This document shows, one piece after another, positions 37,640 through 45,959 of a stretch of 64,000 bases of DNA. Each line of letters opens with the position of its first letter. Within the stretch, counting starts at the first letter, position 1. A program made the translations under genes and the position numbers. The notes below the pieces were generated by a model. The model was not told the origin of the DNA. It searched no databases and saw only the letters and a program-made list of their open reading frames with translations. Source of the stretch: Syntrophomonadales bacterium (GTDB lineage Bacteria > Bacillota > Syntrophomonadia > Syntrophomonadales > DTU052); NCBI GenBank assembly GCA_050951725.1, contig JBMNJO010000012.1, positions 355,548-419,547 of the forward strand, in the 5' to 3' direction.

Positions 37640-38632
37640 ATGACCAAGGTTCTTCTGTTTGACGATGGAAAACTGCCAAACCTTGCCTTAATGAAACTAT
37701 CCACCTTTTACAAACATCAGGGTTTTCAAGTGGTTTTAGAACACATAGATAACCCTTCCGGACAGAAGGCTGATATGGTACTTTGTTCCGTTTTATTTAC
37801 ATGGAATAAGCAAAAAGCCGAAAAACTACGCAAATTATATTCCAATATAGTTTTCGGAGGCACCGGATGGGATCTATCAATCAAACTGCCTCCTGAGGTT
37901 GAGTCCTGTAAACCTGATTATGACCTGTATGGTGTCGGCCACATTTACCCCCGTATTAAAGGGATCATGACGCGAGAAGCCAGAGAAAGAAAGGCTCAAG
38001 AAATTGTTTATGCGGGGATAGGGTTTACCAGTCGGGGATGTGTCCGGAAATGCGGCTTTTGCGTTGTGCCTAGAAAGGAAGGCCGGTTGCACCAGGACGC
38101 TCCCATAAAAGATTTAATCAATCCCAGGTCCAATGTAATTATTCTCCTGGACAATAACCTGACCGCCGATCCGGATTGCATTGAAAAACTCAAGGAAATT
38201 AAAGAACGGAATTTGATTATTGACATTACCCAGGGGATTGATGTCCGGCTGATGACCCCGGAAATAGCCAAGGCTTTGTCCGAAGTAAACCATTTGAGAA
38301 GCCTGCATTATGCCTGGGATCTGATGCCATACGAACACCAGGTCATGAATGGGATACAGACGCTATCGAAATTCGTGAACAAACACCGCCATATGTGTTT
38401 TATGCTGGTCGGGTATAACACCACCTTTGAAGAAGATATGTATCGCTATCGGAGATTAAGGGAAATCGGCGTCGATCCATATGTAATGATCTACAACAAA
38501 AGATCAACCTACCAGCTCCACCACTTTGCCAGATGGGTTAACGGTCGGTTTTACAAGAAGTGCAGCTTTGAAGATTATGCTCCATGGATTAAGGCCAGAC
38601 AAGAGGGGGAGTTGTTGTTTAACTATAGTTAA
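37640..38632 (+). CDS. radical SAM protein with B12-binding-like N-terminal domain
   Basis: CX3CX2C motif in TSRGCVRKCGFCVVP. The N-terminal VLLFDDGKLPNLALMKLSTFYK is Rossmann-like. Confidence 0.7.
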   Translation: MTKVLLFDDGKLPNLALMKLSTFYKHQGFQVVLEHIDNPSGQKADMVLCSVLFTWNKQKAEKLRKLYSNIVFGGTGWDLSIKLPPEVESCKPDYDLYGVGHIYPRIKGIMTREARERKAQEIVYAGIGFTSRGCVRKCGFCVVPRKEGRLHQDAPIKDLINPRSNVIILLDNNLTADPDCIEKLKEIKERNLIIDITQGIDVRLMTPEIAKALSEVNHLRSLHYAWDLMPYEHQVMNGIQTLSKFVNKHRHMCFMLVGYNTTFEEDMYRYRRLREIGVDPYVMIYNKRSTYQLHHFARWVNGRFYKKCSFEDYAPWIKARQEGELLFNYS

Positions 38633-38657
38633 CAGGTACAGAAAAGGGGGGACGGAT

Positions 38658-38924
38658 TTGAGCAATTACATAAACATGATAAACAAAGCCAATAAGACGC
38701 TGACAAAGAAAAACGAAGAGCTTGTTTCGGAGAATAAGGTTCTTAAAAGCAGTATATCGTCATTAAAGGCGGAGATTAGCCAATTGAAAGAGGAAAAACG
38801 AATGCTTGAAAGGCGGAGATGCAAGCATAACCGCAGGTGTGAATCGCTGGAACGGACTCTGGGCAGCAGTATAGCCATGTTCGCGCCCCTGGTCACAGCA
38901 ATGCGTGAAAATACTTATGACTAG
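38658..38924 (+). CDS. small coiled-coil protein
   Basis: TTG 38658 follows AAAGGGGGGA. The heptad-rich NEELVSENKVLKSSISSLKAEISQLKEEKRMLE is present. Confidence 0.4.
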   Translation: MSNYINMINKANKTLTKKNEELVSENKVLKSSISSLKAEISQLKEEKRMLERRRCKHNRRCESLERTLGSSIAMFAPLVTAMRENTYD

Positions 38925-38956
38925 CGAAATAGGGGCTCAATAAGAAGAACCACCCG

Positions 38957-38990
38957 GAAGTGTGCAAGAACATTGCACACTTCTTTCATT
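38957..38990 (+). terminator. rho-independent terminator separating the early and late modules
   Basis: 11-bp stem GAAGTGTGCAA / TTGCACACTTC with a 5-nt loop, followed by TTTCATT. Confidence 0.6.
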
Positions 38991-39036
38991 GTGGAGCCAG
39001 AATCTTATTAATAGAGTTTAGGTGAGGGGTGAGGAA

Positions 39037-39192
39037 ATGATTTACAGGGTTTTCACTCCCGAGGGTTTTTTCGAGGTTTTACAGCAACTAACCTACGGAG
39101 ACATGATCATCGCGGGAATTCTGATTATCATCTTAGCGGTTGTAACGTTTAAGGTGATTTACGATATAGCAGACCGGGAGGGATTTATCTGA
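39037..39192 (+). CDS. small single-pass membrane protein (51 aa), absent from ORF track
   Basis: Hand translation MIYRVFTPEGFFEVLQQLTYGDMIIAGILIIILAVVTFKVIYDIADREGFI. GAGGGGTGAGG lies upstream. Confidence 0.5.
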   Translation: MIYRVFTPEGFFEVLQQLTYGDMIIAGILIIILAVVTFKVIYDIADREGFI

Positions 39193-39305
39193 TGTGGGAT
39201 TCCTTTAATCTGCACTCATTAGTGGCCATTTACGCGGCTGTGATTCTGATGCCGATCTCGATAGCCTATTTTATTCAGCGCATAGCAGGTTGGTGGATGA
39301 GATGA
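39192..39305 (+). CDS. small membrane protein (37 aa), absent from ORF track
   Basis: MWDSFNLHSLVAIYAAVILMPISIAYFIQRIAGWWMR. The ATG overlaps the previous TGA (ATGA-type coupling). Confidence 0.4.
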   Translation: MWDSFNLHSLVAIYAAVILMPISIAYFIQRIAGWWMR

Positions 39306-39424
39306 TAGATAATTTCGGGTACTGTGTGATGTGGTTTCTGAGCTATCCTTTACTGATTTGGGCCGTTGCCCTGACTTGCTTATCACTGGCAATCCTAACC
39401 GCCTTTTTAACTCTGGTTAGGTAG
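39302..39424 (+). CDS. small membrane protein (40 aa), absent from ORF track
   Basis: MIDNFGYCVMWFLSYPLLIWAVALTCLSLAILTAFLTLVR. It overlaps the previous stop. Confidence 0.4.
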   Translation: MIDNFGYCVMWFLSYPLLIWAVALTCLSLAILTAFLTLVR

Positions 39425-39439
39425 AGGAGGGGGATTTGA

Positions 39440-39595
39440 ATGTCCTTCAACGTTGATATGGTCGAGGTATACCAACAGTTTGCCAACGTTTTCGGCTCAC
39501 TGACTCCACTATTGTGGCCGTTTATCGGGGTGTTACTGGCCTTGTTTGTTTTTGGGGGTCTGATTACGATTTTCAAGCATTACGCACAGAGGTAG
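39440..39595 (+). CDS. coat-protein-like small membrane protein (51 aa), absent from ORF track
   Basis: MSFNVDMVEVYQQFANVFGSLTPLLWPFIGVLLALFVFGGLITIFKHYAQR. GAGGAGGGGG RBS. Acidic N-terminus, TM helix and basic tail. Confidence 0.55.
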   Translation: MSFNVDMVEVYQQFANVFGSLTPLLWPFIGVLLALFVFGGLITIFKHYAQR

Positions 39596-39598
39596 GCC

Positions 39599-39760
39599 AT
39601 GCCGCATATTACGCTTGATTACAATATCGATTACCTGTACCAGGTCATAGTGGACATCATCTATTCGCTCTGGCCGATCATAGCGGCAGCATTAGGGATA
39701 GCGATGGCGGGATTTCTGCTCTACGCAATCGTACGAGCTTTTAGACAGTGGGTTGATTGA
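39599..39760 (+). CDS. coat-protein-like small membrane protein (53 aa), absent from ORF track
   Basis: MPHITLDYNIDYLYQVIVDIIYSLWPIIAAALGIAMAGFLLYAIVRAFRQWVD. It starts 3 nt after the previous stop. Confidence 0.5.
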   Translation: MPHITLDYNIDYLYQVIVDIIYSLWPIIAAALGIAMAGFLLYAIVRAFRQWVD

Positions 39761-39816
39761 TTGTTTTAGGTACCAAATACCTTAAACATAACCTGAACGC
39801 AAAGGAGGTGAAGTAG

Positions 39817-39963
39817 TTGAGTCTGAACATCATTCCAACCGATGTTATCGGTTACCTGGTTGACGTTTTTGGCGCTCTGTGGCCGATCCTGGCTCTCGGG
39901 TTGGGTATCGCTGCTGTGCCCAAACTCATCGGCTCTACCAAGGCCGTTTTTTCCCGGAGATAA
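39817..39963 (+). CDS. coat-protein-like small membrane protein, paralog A (48 aa), absent from ORF track
   Basis: TTG follows AAAGGAGGTG. MSLNIIPTDVIGYLVDVFGALWPILALGLGIAAVPKLIGSTKAVFSRR, with 39/47 residues identical to paralog B. Confidence 0.65.
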   Translation: MSLNIIPTDVIGYLVDVFGALWPILALGLGIAAVPKLIGSTKAVFSRR

Positions 39964-40183
39964 TTCGGGGTACGACCGCCGTGTAAATGGTATGGAAGGA
40001 GGTGAAACGGGACCACTCGGCAAACCGAATGCTGGTGCAGCGACACCTTCACTACCAGAATTATACGGCGGTCGGAACCGGTTATCCGCTAACGCCAGAC
40101 GGCTGATCACCTACGAACCCGATTAACGTCCTTGCCAGTTGGTGGGGGCGATTGGGATAAAAAACAAAAAAGGAGGGACCCCT

Positions 40184-40327
40184 GTGAGCTTAAACATTGT
40201 GCCCGCAGAAGTTATTACTTACCTGGTTGACATCTTTGGCGCTCTGTGGCCGATCCTGGCTCTTGGGTTAGGTATCGCGGCTGTACCCAGGCTCATTAGC
40301 TCTGCCAAGGCCGTGTTTTCACGGTAG
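40184..40327 (+). CDS. coat-protein-like small membrane protein, paralog B (47 aa)
   Basis: GTG follows AAAGGAGGGA, within track ORF 40139-40327. MSLNIVPAEVITYLVDIFGALWPILALGLGIAAVPRLISSAKAVFSR. Confidence 0.65.
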   Translation: MSLNIVPAEVITYLVDIFGALWPILALGLGIAAVPRLISSAKAVFSR

Positions 40328-40427
40328 TTGCTAGTTGGGTGGGGACGTTAAATGAAAATGCTTGCATGGGCGCCCTTTGCCTGAGAAGACCGAGGGCGCT
40401 TATGGCAAGAAGAGGTGAAGAATAGCT

Positions 40428-40730
40428 ATGTTTACAACTAATGCGGGTGATGTAATTGGTCAGATGATGTCGGTGATGTCCATATTAGGGCCAATATATG
40501 CCTTCTTTTTTGGCCTAATGGCCCTTCGGGCTCTAATGGACACAGTTGCAAACAAGATATTCCCTAAACCTGTAAAAAAGAAAGCCGCAAAAAGACCCCG
40601 AACGAGAGTTAGATATGACCGTAAGCAATATCCCGGACTCCGAGTCAATTATAACAAGACCGGTTTCACCGTCTCATACTTCGATGATGTAAAAAAGGCT
40701 CAAACCCAGAAATTACGGAAAGCCAAGTAA
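40428..40730 (+). CDS. single-pass membrane protein with a highly basic C-terminal half
   Basis: 100 aa. TM ILGPIYAFFFGLMALRALM followed by KPVKKKAAKRPRTRVRYDRK. GAGGTGA RBS. Confidence 0.55.
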   Translation: MFTTNAGDVIGQMMSVMSILGPIYAFFFGLMALRALMDTVANKIFPKPVKKKAAKRPRTRVRYDRKQYPGLRVNYNKTGFTVSYFDDVKKAQTQKLRKAK

Positions 40731-40744
40731 AGGTGGAATAAACA

Positions 40745-41881
40745 ATGGAGATCGTATTGGTGTTTTACCTTTATCACTTTTTTATATTCCTGCTTAGTTT
40801 AGGGTTTATCAGACACCGGCGCACTCTTAAACAAGGTGACCAAGTGCACCGGCTGGCGGTGGTAATACCGGCTCACAATGAACAGAACGTAATCCGTGAT
40901 TCCGTGCGCTCAATTAAGAACGTTAACTATCCTGCAGAGAGATTTGACGTTTATGTAATCGCTGACAACTGTTCTGATCGGACGGCTGAGTATGCCAAAT
41001 CAGCCGGAGCCAAAGTATTAAAGCGCTTTAATAGAACTTTAGCTGGAAAACAACACGCCTTAAAATGGGCGTTTGGACAGATAAATCTTGATGAATATGA
41101 TGCCGTAGTTATCCTGGATGCTGACAATCATGTAGATCCTGATTTCTTAGGTGTCATGGATGATGAACTATCTAAAGGGAACAAGGTAATTCAAGGATAC
41201 CTGGACGCCAAGAACCCGTGTGAATCATGGGTAACGGCAAACTATGCTTACATGGCCTGGTATGGGTGCAGGCTGCTGATGGCCCGTAAGTTCCTGGGGT
41301 TGTCAGCCTGGCTGGGCGGTACCGGGATGTGTATAAGAACCGATGTGATTCGCCGTGTAGGATGGAACCTCCATACATTGACCGATGATGTTGAGTACAC
41401 CTGCCAGTTACTTATAGCCGGGGAAAAGGTCGCGTTTGCCGAAGATGCTATTGTATACGACCAGAAACCCGCCAAATTAAAGGATTCAATGAGGCAACGT
41501 CTCCGCTGGATGCGCGGCCAGACGCAAACCTGCATCAGATACATACCGCAAATTCTAGTGTCAATGGGTCGGTTCTGGTTAAAGGGCAATCTCGGCCAGG
41601 TCGCCCGGTTGTTCGATGCGCTGATGTGGATCCCCATGCACGTGATGATATTTGCCGCCGTAGCCTTGTCAATTCATCAAGGCTGGTGGCAGTACCTGTT
41701 ATCGGTATTCCTATCTGTACCGGTGTTGTACACCTTACCCATGGCTGCAGACCAGATAAAGAAAAGCCGCGCCTGGGCGTACCTGATAACTGGCGGTGCC
41801 TTTTTCCTAACCTGGATACCGGTTACCGCCTACGGAGTGATCAGCTGCGGAAACAAACAATGGCGGAGAACGCCACACTAA
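40745..41881 (+). CDS. membrane-integrated family-2 glycosyltransferase, processive synthase type
   Basis: VVIPAHNE, the DxD-like ILDADNH, and QRLRWMRGQ (the Q(R/Q)xRW motif of processive beta-glycan synthases). One N-terminal and several C-terminal TM helices. Confidence 0.8.
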   Translation: MEIVLVFYLYHFFIFLLSLGFIRHRRTLKQGDQVHRLAVVIPAHNEQNVIRDSVRSIKNVNYPAERFDVYVIADNCSDRTAEYAKSAGAKVLKRFNRTLAGKQHALKWAFGQINLDEYDAVVILDADNHVDPDFLGVMDDELSKGNKVIQGYLDAKNPCESWVTANYAYMAWYGCRLLMARKFLGLSAWLGGTGMCIRTDVIRRVGWNLHTLTDDVEYTCQLLIAGEKVAFAEDAIVYDQKPAKLKDSMRQRLRWMRGQTQTCIRYIPQILVSMGRFWLKGNLGQVARLFDALMWIPMHVMIFAAVALSIHQGWWQYLLSVFLSVPVLYTLPMAADQIKKSRAWAYLITGGAFFLTWIPVTAYGVISCGNKQWRRTPH

Positions 41882-41888
41882 TAAAGGA

Positions 41889-44276
41889 GTGACGGGGGTT
41901 GTGAGTATTGTCAACAAAGTAAAGAATTCTAGAATCCGGTACCTGCTAGTTGGGGTGCTGGTGGTGGGGCTGGTGTTTGGTGTACTGTCGCTGACCTATG
42001 CCGCGGAGACTGCTCTACACGATGAGGCACCGGGGACGATCATTACATTTTCGGGAAAACAGTGGATAATCCTTGAGCAGATGCCTAATGGGGAGACGTA
42101 TATCTTACTGTACGACAAGGGTAGCGGGATGGCATTTGACCCCGATAAAACCCAGTTGTTTGATCCCTCGGATCCTAACAACATTGCCTATTACCTAAAT
42201 AACGATTTTCTCAACAGTCTGTCGCAAAGGCACTTAATTAGCGAGCATTCCTGGGATCGAGTATCAGTTAATTTTAGCGATAGTCTTGATGGGACTGATT
42301 ATGGAAATGTTACCTGTAGCATTGGCTTAATTAGCTATCGAGAAGCAGAAAAATATTCAACCTACTACCCCATAAACTACTGGGGATGGTGGTGGACTCG
42401 GACTCCTCGTACTGAGAGCTCCGTCACGGTGTGGTGCGTAAATCGGGATGGCAGCATAGGCGGTAGCACTGCCTCCGATACTAACGGGAGAGTCCAGCCC
42501 TCTTTGTATCTTAAATCTAATATCCTAATAGATCATAACAAAGTAGTGGTAGGCAAGGGAATCGTAAACAAGCCGGATACACCAGCGGAGTTGTCAGCCA
42601 ATAATCAATCCTCCAACGAAGTAACTCTAACCTGGCAGGCAAATACGGAAGAAGACCTAGCTGGCTATAGAGTATATCGAGGTACTAGCATGATTGCTGA
42701 GACAGCATCGACCACCTACACCGATGATACTGTACAGCCCGGCATGACATACAGCTACTCCATATCCGCTTACAATACTGATGACCACGAAAGCGATAGG
42801 AGCGCACCGGTTACGGTGACTACTCCACCGGCCACACCAACCGGTTTAAGCGGAAACGCAGTCGAGAGAACGGTTACTCTAACCTGGGAAGGTCCGGGGA
42901 ATCCATGCTATATAGTCCAGCGAAGTTCCAACGGAACTGACTACACCCAAGTGGCCGAAGTCACGGAAGAATCGTTTACCGAGACAAACGACCTATGGGG
43001 GACAACGTACTATTACCGTGTGGCCCAAAAAGGCCAGGATGGGAATATATCAGCATACTCTGAGGCGGTACAGGTTACTACAGAACCGGTACCTGCACCA
43101 ACAGGGTTAATCGCTGCCATGGAGGGTATGAACATAAACCTATCCTGGCAGCCGGTTGACGGAGTAGATACATACATAGTGGAAAAGAGTATTGGCGGAG
43201 AAACCTGGGAGACGATAGCAACGGTTACATCCACCACGTACACAGATACGGTTGAAGATGGCGATATACAATACCTGTACCGTGTAAGGGCGGACGCTGG
43301 AAACCAGGTGTCCGATCCCTCTAATGTTGCGGGGGTTGCACTGCCTCCAAGTCCTCCCGGCAACGCACAGGCTAACGTGGACGGGAAAAATGTAACCCTG
43401 ACTTGGGAAGCGTCAAGTAACGCAGTGGCCTACATAATAGAACGCAGCACGGATGGGATCACTTGGGAACAAATTATAGAGCAGAGCGAGTTAACATATC
43501 AGGAAGCCGCGCCCCGGTGGGATACCAGCTACCAATACCGTGTTAAATCCAAGAACGCAGAGGGACTTATATCTGTTGCATCGGACCCGGTGCAGGTGAC
43601 CACATCCAGCGTACCGATCCCGGAGAACCTGGAGGCCAGTGTAACGGACAATCAAATCACAATCACGTGGGATGAGGCACCAGGAATTAGCCTCTACCGG
43701 ATACAGCGCAGCGATAACAGTATCTTTTGGGATGACCTGGCCGAAGTTGAGGGCACGAGTTACACCGACAGTGACCTCGAATGGGAAGAAAGATACTATT
43801 ACCGGATTAAATCGGTTGATGGCGACCAGGAATCCGATTATACGGCGTTTATAATGGCGCAGACCAAACCCAAACCGGTACCGGTTGCGCCCCGGTTGTC
43901 CTACTCCGTAGATAACACGAATATCGGCTTGGCCTGGAATACCCAGAACGTACCGATCAGTGGATACCGGATATACGTTAATGATGAACTAAAGGACGAA
44001 ATACCCGGTAACGTTAGTAAGTACAGCTTTGCCGGCGAGAGCGGGAAAAGCTACAAAGTAAAAGTAGAAGTCTACAACATATATGGGACTGCGAGCTCCA
44101 CCGTAACCATAAAGGTAGGCACTTTTACCACTCCGGGAGCTGCCAAAATGGTTGGCGATGTAACCACCAATGCCGTTGCGGTATTTGGCTCCCTGGGGGG
44201 ACTGTTGGCGTTGTCATTGGCATTCAAGGGAGCGGGACCGTTGATTGATGCGGCACGTAAGGTTATAGGACTATAA
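41889..44276 (+). CDS. secreted DUF6273-like domain + FN3-array protein with C-terminal membrane anchor
   Basis: 795 aa. Signal peptide, N-terminal domain (FSGKQWIILEQ...WWWTRTP...RVQPSLYLK), a long array of FN3-like repeats (LTW..., Y.Y.V) and C-terminal TM AVAVFGSLGGLLALSLAF. Confidence 0.75.
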   Translation: MTGVVSIVNKVKNSRIRYLLVGVLVVGLVFGVLSLTYAAETALHDEAPGTIITFSGKQWIILEQMPNGETYILLYDKGSGMAFDPDKTQLFDPSDPNNIAYYLNNDFLNSLSQRHLISEHSWDRVSVNFSDSLDGTDYGNVTCSIGLISYREAEKYSTYYPINYWGWWWTRTPRTESSVTVWCVNRDGSIGGSTASDTNGRVQPSLYLKSNILIDHNKVVVGKGIVNKPDTPAELSANNQSSNEVTLTWQANTEEDLAGYRVYRGTSMIAETASTTYTDDTVQPGMTYSYSISAYNTDDHESDRSAPVTVTTPPATPTGLSGNAVERTVTLTWEGPGNPCYIVQRSSNGTDYTQVAEVTEESFTETNDLWGTTYYYRVAQKGQDGNISAYSEAVQVTTEPVPAPTGLIAAMEGMNINLSWQPVDGVDTYIVEKSIGGETWETIATVTSTTYTDTVEDGDIQYLYRVRADAGNQVSDPSNVAGVALPPSPPGNAQANVDGKNVTLTWEASSNAVAYIIERSTDGITWEQIIEQSELTYQEAAPRWDTSYQYRVKSKNAEGLISVASDPVQVTTSSVPIPENLEASVTDNQITITWDEAPGISLYRIQRSDNSIFWDDLAEVEGTSYTDSDLEWEERYYYRIKSVDGDQESDYTAFIMAQTKPKPVPVAPRLSYSVDNTNIGLAWNTQNVPISGYRIYVNDELKDEIPGNVSKYSFAGESGKSYKVKVEVYNIYGTASSTVTIKVGTFTTPGAAKMVGDVTTNAVAVFGSLGGLLALSLAFKGAGPLIDAARKVIGL

Positions 44277-44294
44277 CGGGCCGGGGAGGACGCC

Positions 44295-44921
44295 ATGAAC
44301 ATAAAGGGATTGTTTGTAATAGCAATAGTGGGGGCCGTCCTTATGGGCGGTCCTGTTGCCGTTGGTCAGACCACAATTGATTGCACAAAAGCAATCAAGG
44401 CCGAACCTCGCGAGGTATTATGTGGGCAGTTAGTCAGACCTATCAATACGAAAGTGGATATAAAAACCCGGACGATTAACCCCTTTTGGACTCTTCCACG
44501 CACAGCCTCAAGTAACCAAAAACTTAGCATAAACCGATCCCTGCCGGTTAAGGTGCGCGATCTTATAGACGCAACCTCGGAGAAATTGAAACTTGACCCG
44601 GCGTTGGTCCGGGCTGTGGCTATGGCCGAATCAAGCGGAAACCAGGGAGCGGTGTCCCGGGTTGGAGCAGTAGGCGTTATGCAATTAATGCCTGGCACTG
44701 CCCGAGGCCTGGGAGTTAATCCCTACGATTTGGAGCAGAACATTCTCGGGGGAGCTATGTATTTAAGACGGCAATTGGACAAATACCAAGGGAATATCCA
44801 ACTTGCCCTGGCGGCCTATAACGCGGGACCAGGGGCGGTTGATAAGTACCAGGGAGTCCCGCCTTTTCAGGAGACCCGTGAGTACATTGCCCGGGTGATA
44901 AACGCAATGGGGAGGGTTTAG
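44295..44921 (+). CDS. lytic transglycosylase (SLT domain), secreted
   Basis: [28 protein letters not shown] and [10 protein letters not shown] are SLT motifs, preceded by an N-terminal signal. Confidence 0.85.
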   Translation: MNIKGLFVIAIVGAVLMGGPVAVGQTTIDCTKAIKAEPREVLCGQLVRPINTKVDIKTRTINPFWTLPRTASSNQKLSINRSLPVKVRDLIDATSEKLKLDPALVRAVAMAESSGNQGAVSRVGAVGVMQLMPGTARGLGVNPYDLEQNILGGAMYLRRQLDKYQGNIQLALAAYNAGPGAVDKYQGVPPFQETREYIARVINAMGRV

Positions 44922-44922
44922 T

Positions 44923-45957
44923 GTGAGATCGATTTTGTCATTCCTGCTGAGTGCAGTATTTCTCATGATTATGGTGCCCATAGCTTTAGCTGAGGAACCG
45001 ACCGAGCCGGTGCTGATACCGCCTTCCTCTCCCAGCCAGGTAACAGTATCTGGGATACAGGAAACCAGGGCAACGGTATCATGGTCACCGGTTCCTACGG
45101 CCACACAGTACACCGTGTGGGTTGACGGTCAGCGGTGGTCTGGCAGCAACCATCCCGGGGTTGATATCACCGGATTGCAGCCTTATATGGAGTATACCGT
45201 GCATGTTACCGCTGCCAACGATGCAGGGGAAAGTTCGTCATCTCCGACAGTGATGTTTACAACACTTCCCCCGGTACCGAGCGCACCGGAACGACCGGTA
45301 GTAACTGAGGTAACGGATACAAAGGCGACAATTGAGTGGCAGCCACTCCCGGTATGGCAATACATACAGTGCTACAGGATTTATGTTGACGGTCAGGCTG
45401 TAGCTGACATTGAACCGTCCGAGGGGATACAGGCGGCAGAACTGACCAACCTGGAGGCCGGGGTGCATTATGTGACCGTATCCGGGATTAATGAGAACCA
45501 GGAAAGTCCCACTTCCAGACCAGCGAAGTTTACGGTCCAAGCAATCCCAGCACCAACGGGCTTACTTGTTGCCAACCGCAGCCACGACCAGGTTTTGCTA
45601 ACCTGGGATGAAGTCCCGGGGGCCGACCGATATATGGTCCAATTGGACGGGAACCTGGTTGGAGAATCCAAGGAAAACTCCTATTTTCTCGGAGGGTTGA
45701 CCGGGGAAACCAATTACCAGGTGAGCGTTTACGCCGTATTGAGCGATGGAAACGAATCAGCGAACGCTAACCTTGATATACAAACACCGTCACCGGCAGC
45801 AGAATTAACCCTAGACACAGTAATATCCTCAGCCTATGAATACATACCGGATGTGATGCCGGGAATAGTAGTCATATTTGTAATTGGCGCAGCTTTGAAA
45901 ATAGCGCGTGCCGGAAAGTTCTCGATTGGTCGGCAGTTCGTTTTTAGGAGGTTTTAG
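44923..45957 (+). CDS. secreted three-FN3 protein with C-terminal membrane anchor
   Basis: 344 aa. Signal peptide, three FN3-like units and C-terminal TM PGIVVIFVIGAALKIA followed by a basic tail. Confidence 0.7.
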   Translation: MRSILSFLLSAVFLMIMVPIALAEEPTEPVLIPPSSPSQVTVSGIQETRATVSWSPVPTATQYTVWVDGQRWSGSNHPGVDITGLQPYMEYTVHVTAANDAGESSSSPTVMFTTLPPVPSAPERPVVTEVTDTKATIEWQPLPVWQYIQCYRIYVDGQAVADIEPSEGIQAAELTNLEAGVHYVTVSGINENQESPTSRPAKFTVQAIPAPTGLLVANRSHDQVLLTWDEVPGADRYMVQLDGNLVGESKENSYFLGGLTGETNYQVSVYAVLSDGNESANANLDIQTPSPAAELTLDTVISSAYEYIPDVMPGIVVIFVIGAALKIARAGKFSIGRQFVFRRF

Positions 45958-45959
45958 GT

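Noticed and set aside
39766-40126. Longer track ORFs 39766-40110 (-), 39842-40126 (+) and 39852-40052 (-).
   Set aside because: They overlap the RBS-preceded 48-aa ORF at 39817-39963. That frame is conserved in the paralog at 40184-40327. None of the longer ORFs has a plausible RBS.
39964-40183. Possible tiny ORF (ATG 39985, 39 aa) or RNA element in the spacer between the two coat-like paralogs.
   Set aside because: The GGAAGGAGGTG at 39993 is not followed by a start codon at a usable distance. The 39-aa ORF has no RBS or TM helix. It is left unannotated.
40328-40427. Hairpin GCGCCCT...AGGGCGC after the duplicated coat-like gene, as a terminator.
   Set aside because: The loop is 16 nt and no U-tract follows. 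It may be regulatory, but it cannot be called a terminator.
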